Part shown: piece after piece, positions 63,781 to 64,000 of the stretch
Layout of the letters: every line of letters starts with the position of its first letter
How positions within the stretch are numbered: position 1 is the first letter of the stretch
Origin: Rhynchobatus australiae
Lineage: Eukaryota
DNA length: 64,000 bases
Direction of reading: 5' to 3'
Assembly: GCA_034780895.1 (NCBI GenBank)
Contig: JAUZTB010000087.1
Span: 66,050,988 to 66,114,987 of the forward strand
Made by a program: the position numbers and the translations under genes
Notes under the pieces: generated by a model
Seen by the model: the letters and a program-made list of their open reading frames with translations, nothing else
What the model was told of the DNA's origin: nothing
Database searches by the model: none

Positions 63781-64000
63781 TTTATTTCCCTCCATAGATC
63801 CTGCCCAACCTGCCGAGTTCCTCCAGCATTGTGTGTTGCTCCAGATTCCAGCATCTGTAGAGTCTCTTTTGACTTACTGCACCATGAACTGTGTGATGCA
63901 AGACACACGCAATCCACCTCCAATATATTGATTACATTGCAACAGCCAGTAACTATTCTGTTTGGATAATGCATTATGGTAACAGTCATAACATCAGCCA

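Larger units (their letters stand above)
62897..63870. mobile_element. Penelope-like element-derived repeat with inverted arms (internal gap)
   Basis: Left arm gctggaggaactca..ggcagca..tttcgggtcaagacccttcatcagga is the reverse complement of right arm cctgatgaaggg..gaaa..gagttcctccagca; followed by tail gattccagcatctg. Confidence 0.65.

Overview
Vertebrate genomic DNA, almost certainly from a cartilaginous fish (shark or ray) given the repeat families, from a gappy draft assembly. The only clear host coding sequence is a minus-strand exon (31784-32499). It encodes the RING, B-box1 and B-box2 domains of a Midline/TRIM C-I E3 ligase. MID2/TRIM1 is favoured, but MID1/TRIM18 is not excluded because the diagnostic residues are mosaic. 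The exon sits in a CpG island. Sequence to its left is presumed intron (I could not find the next exon), and sequence to its right is upstream or 5'UTR-intron sequence. The rest is dominated by decayed retroelements: CR1, L2, Rex1/Babar-like and Tx1-like LINE fragments, V-SINE (HE1-like) and Deu-SINE (SacSINE1-like) copies. There is also a Tc1-like TIR element, a candidate solo LTR and a ~1 kb degenerate 30-bp tandem array. The most interesting signal is a recurrent inverted-repeat element whose arms carry minimal type I hammerhead ribozyme cores, as described for Penelope-like retroelements; two copies keep the conserved catalytic core. Repeat family names come from recognition by eye, not a database search, and repeat boundaries are approximate.
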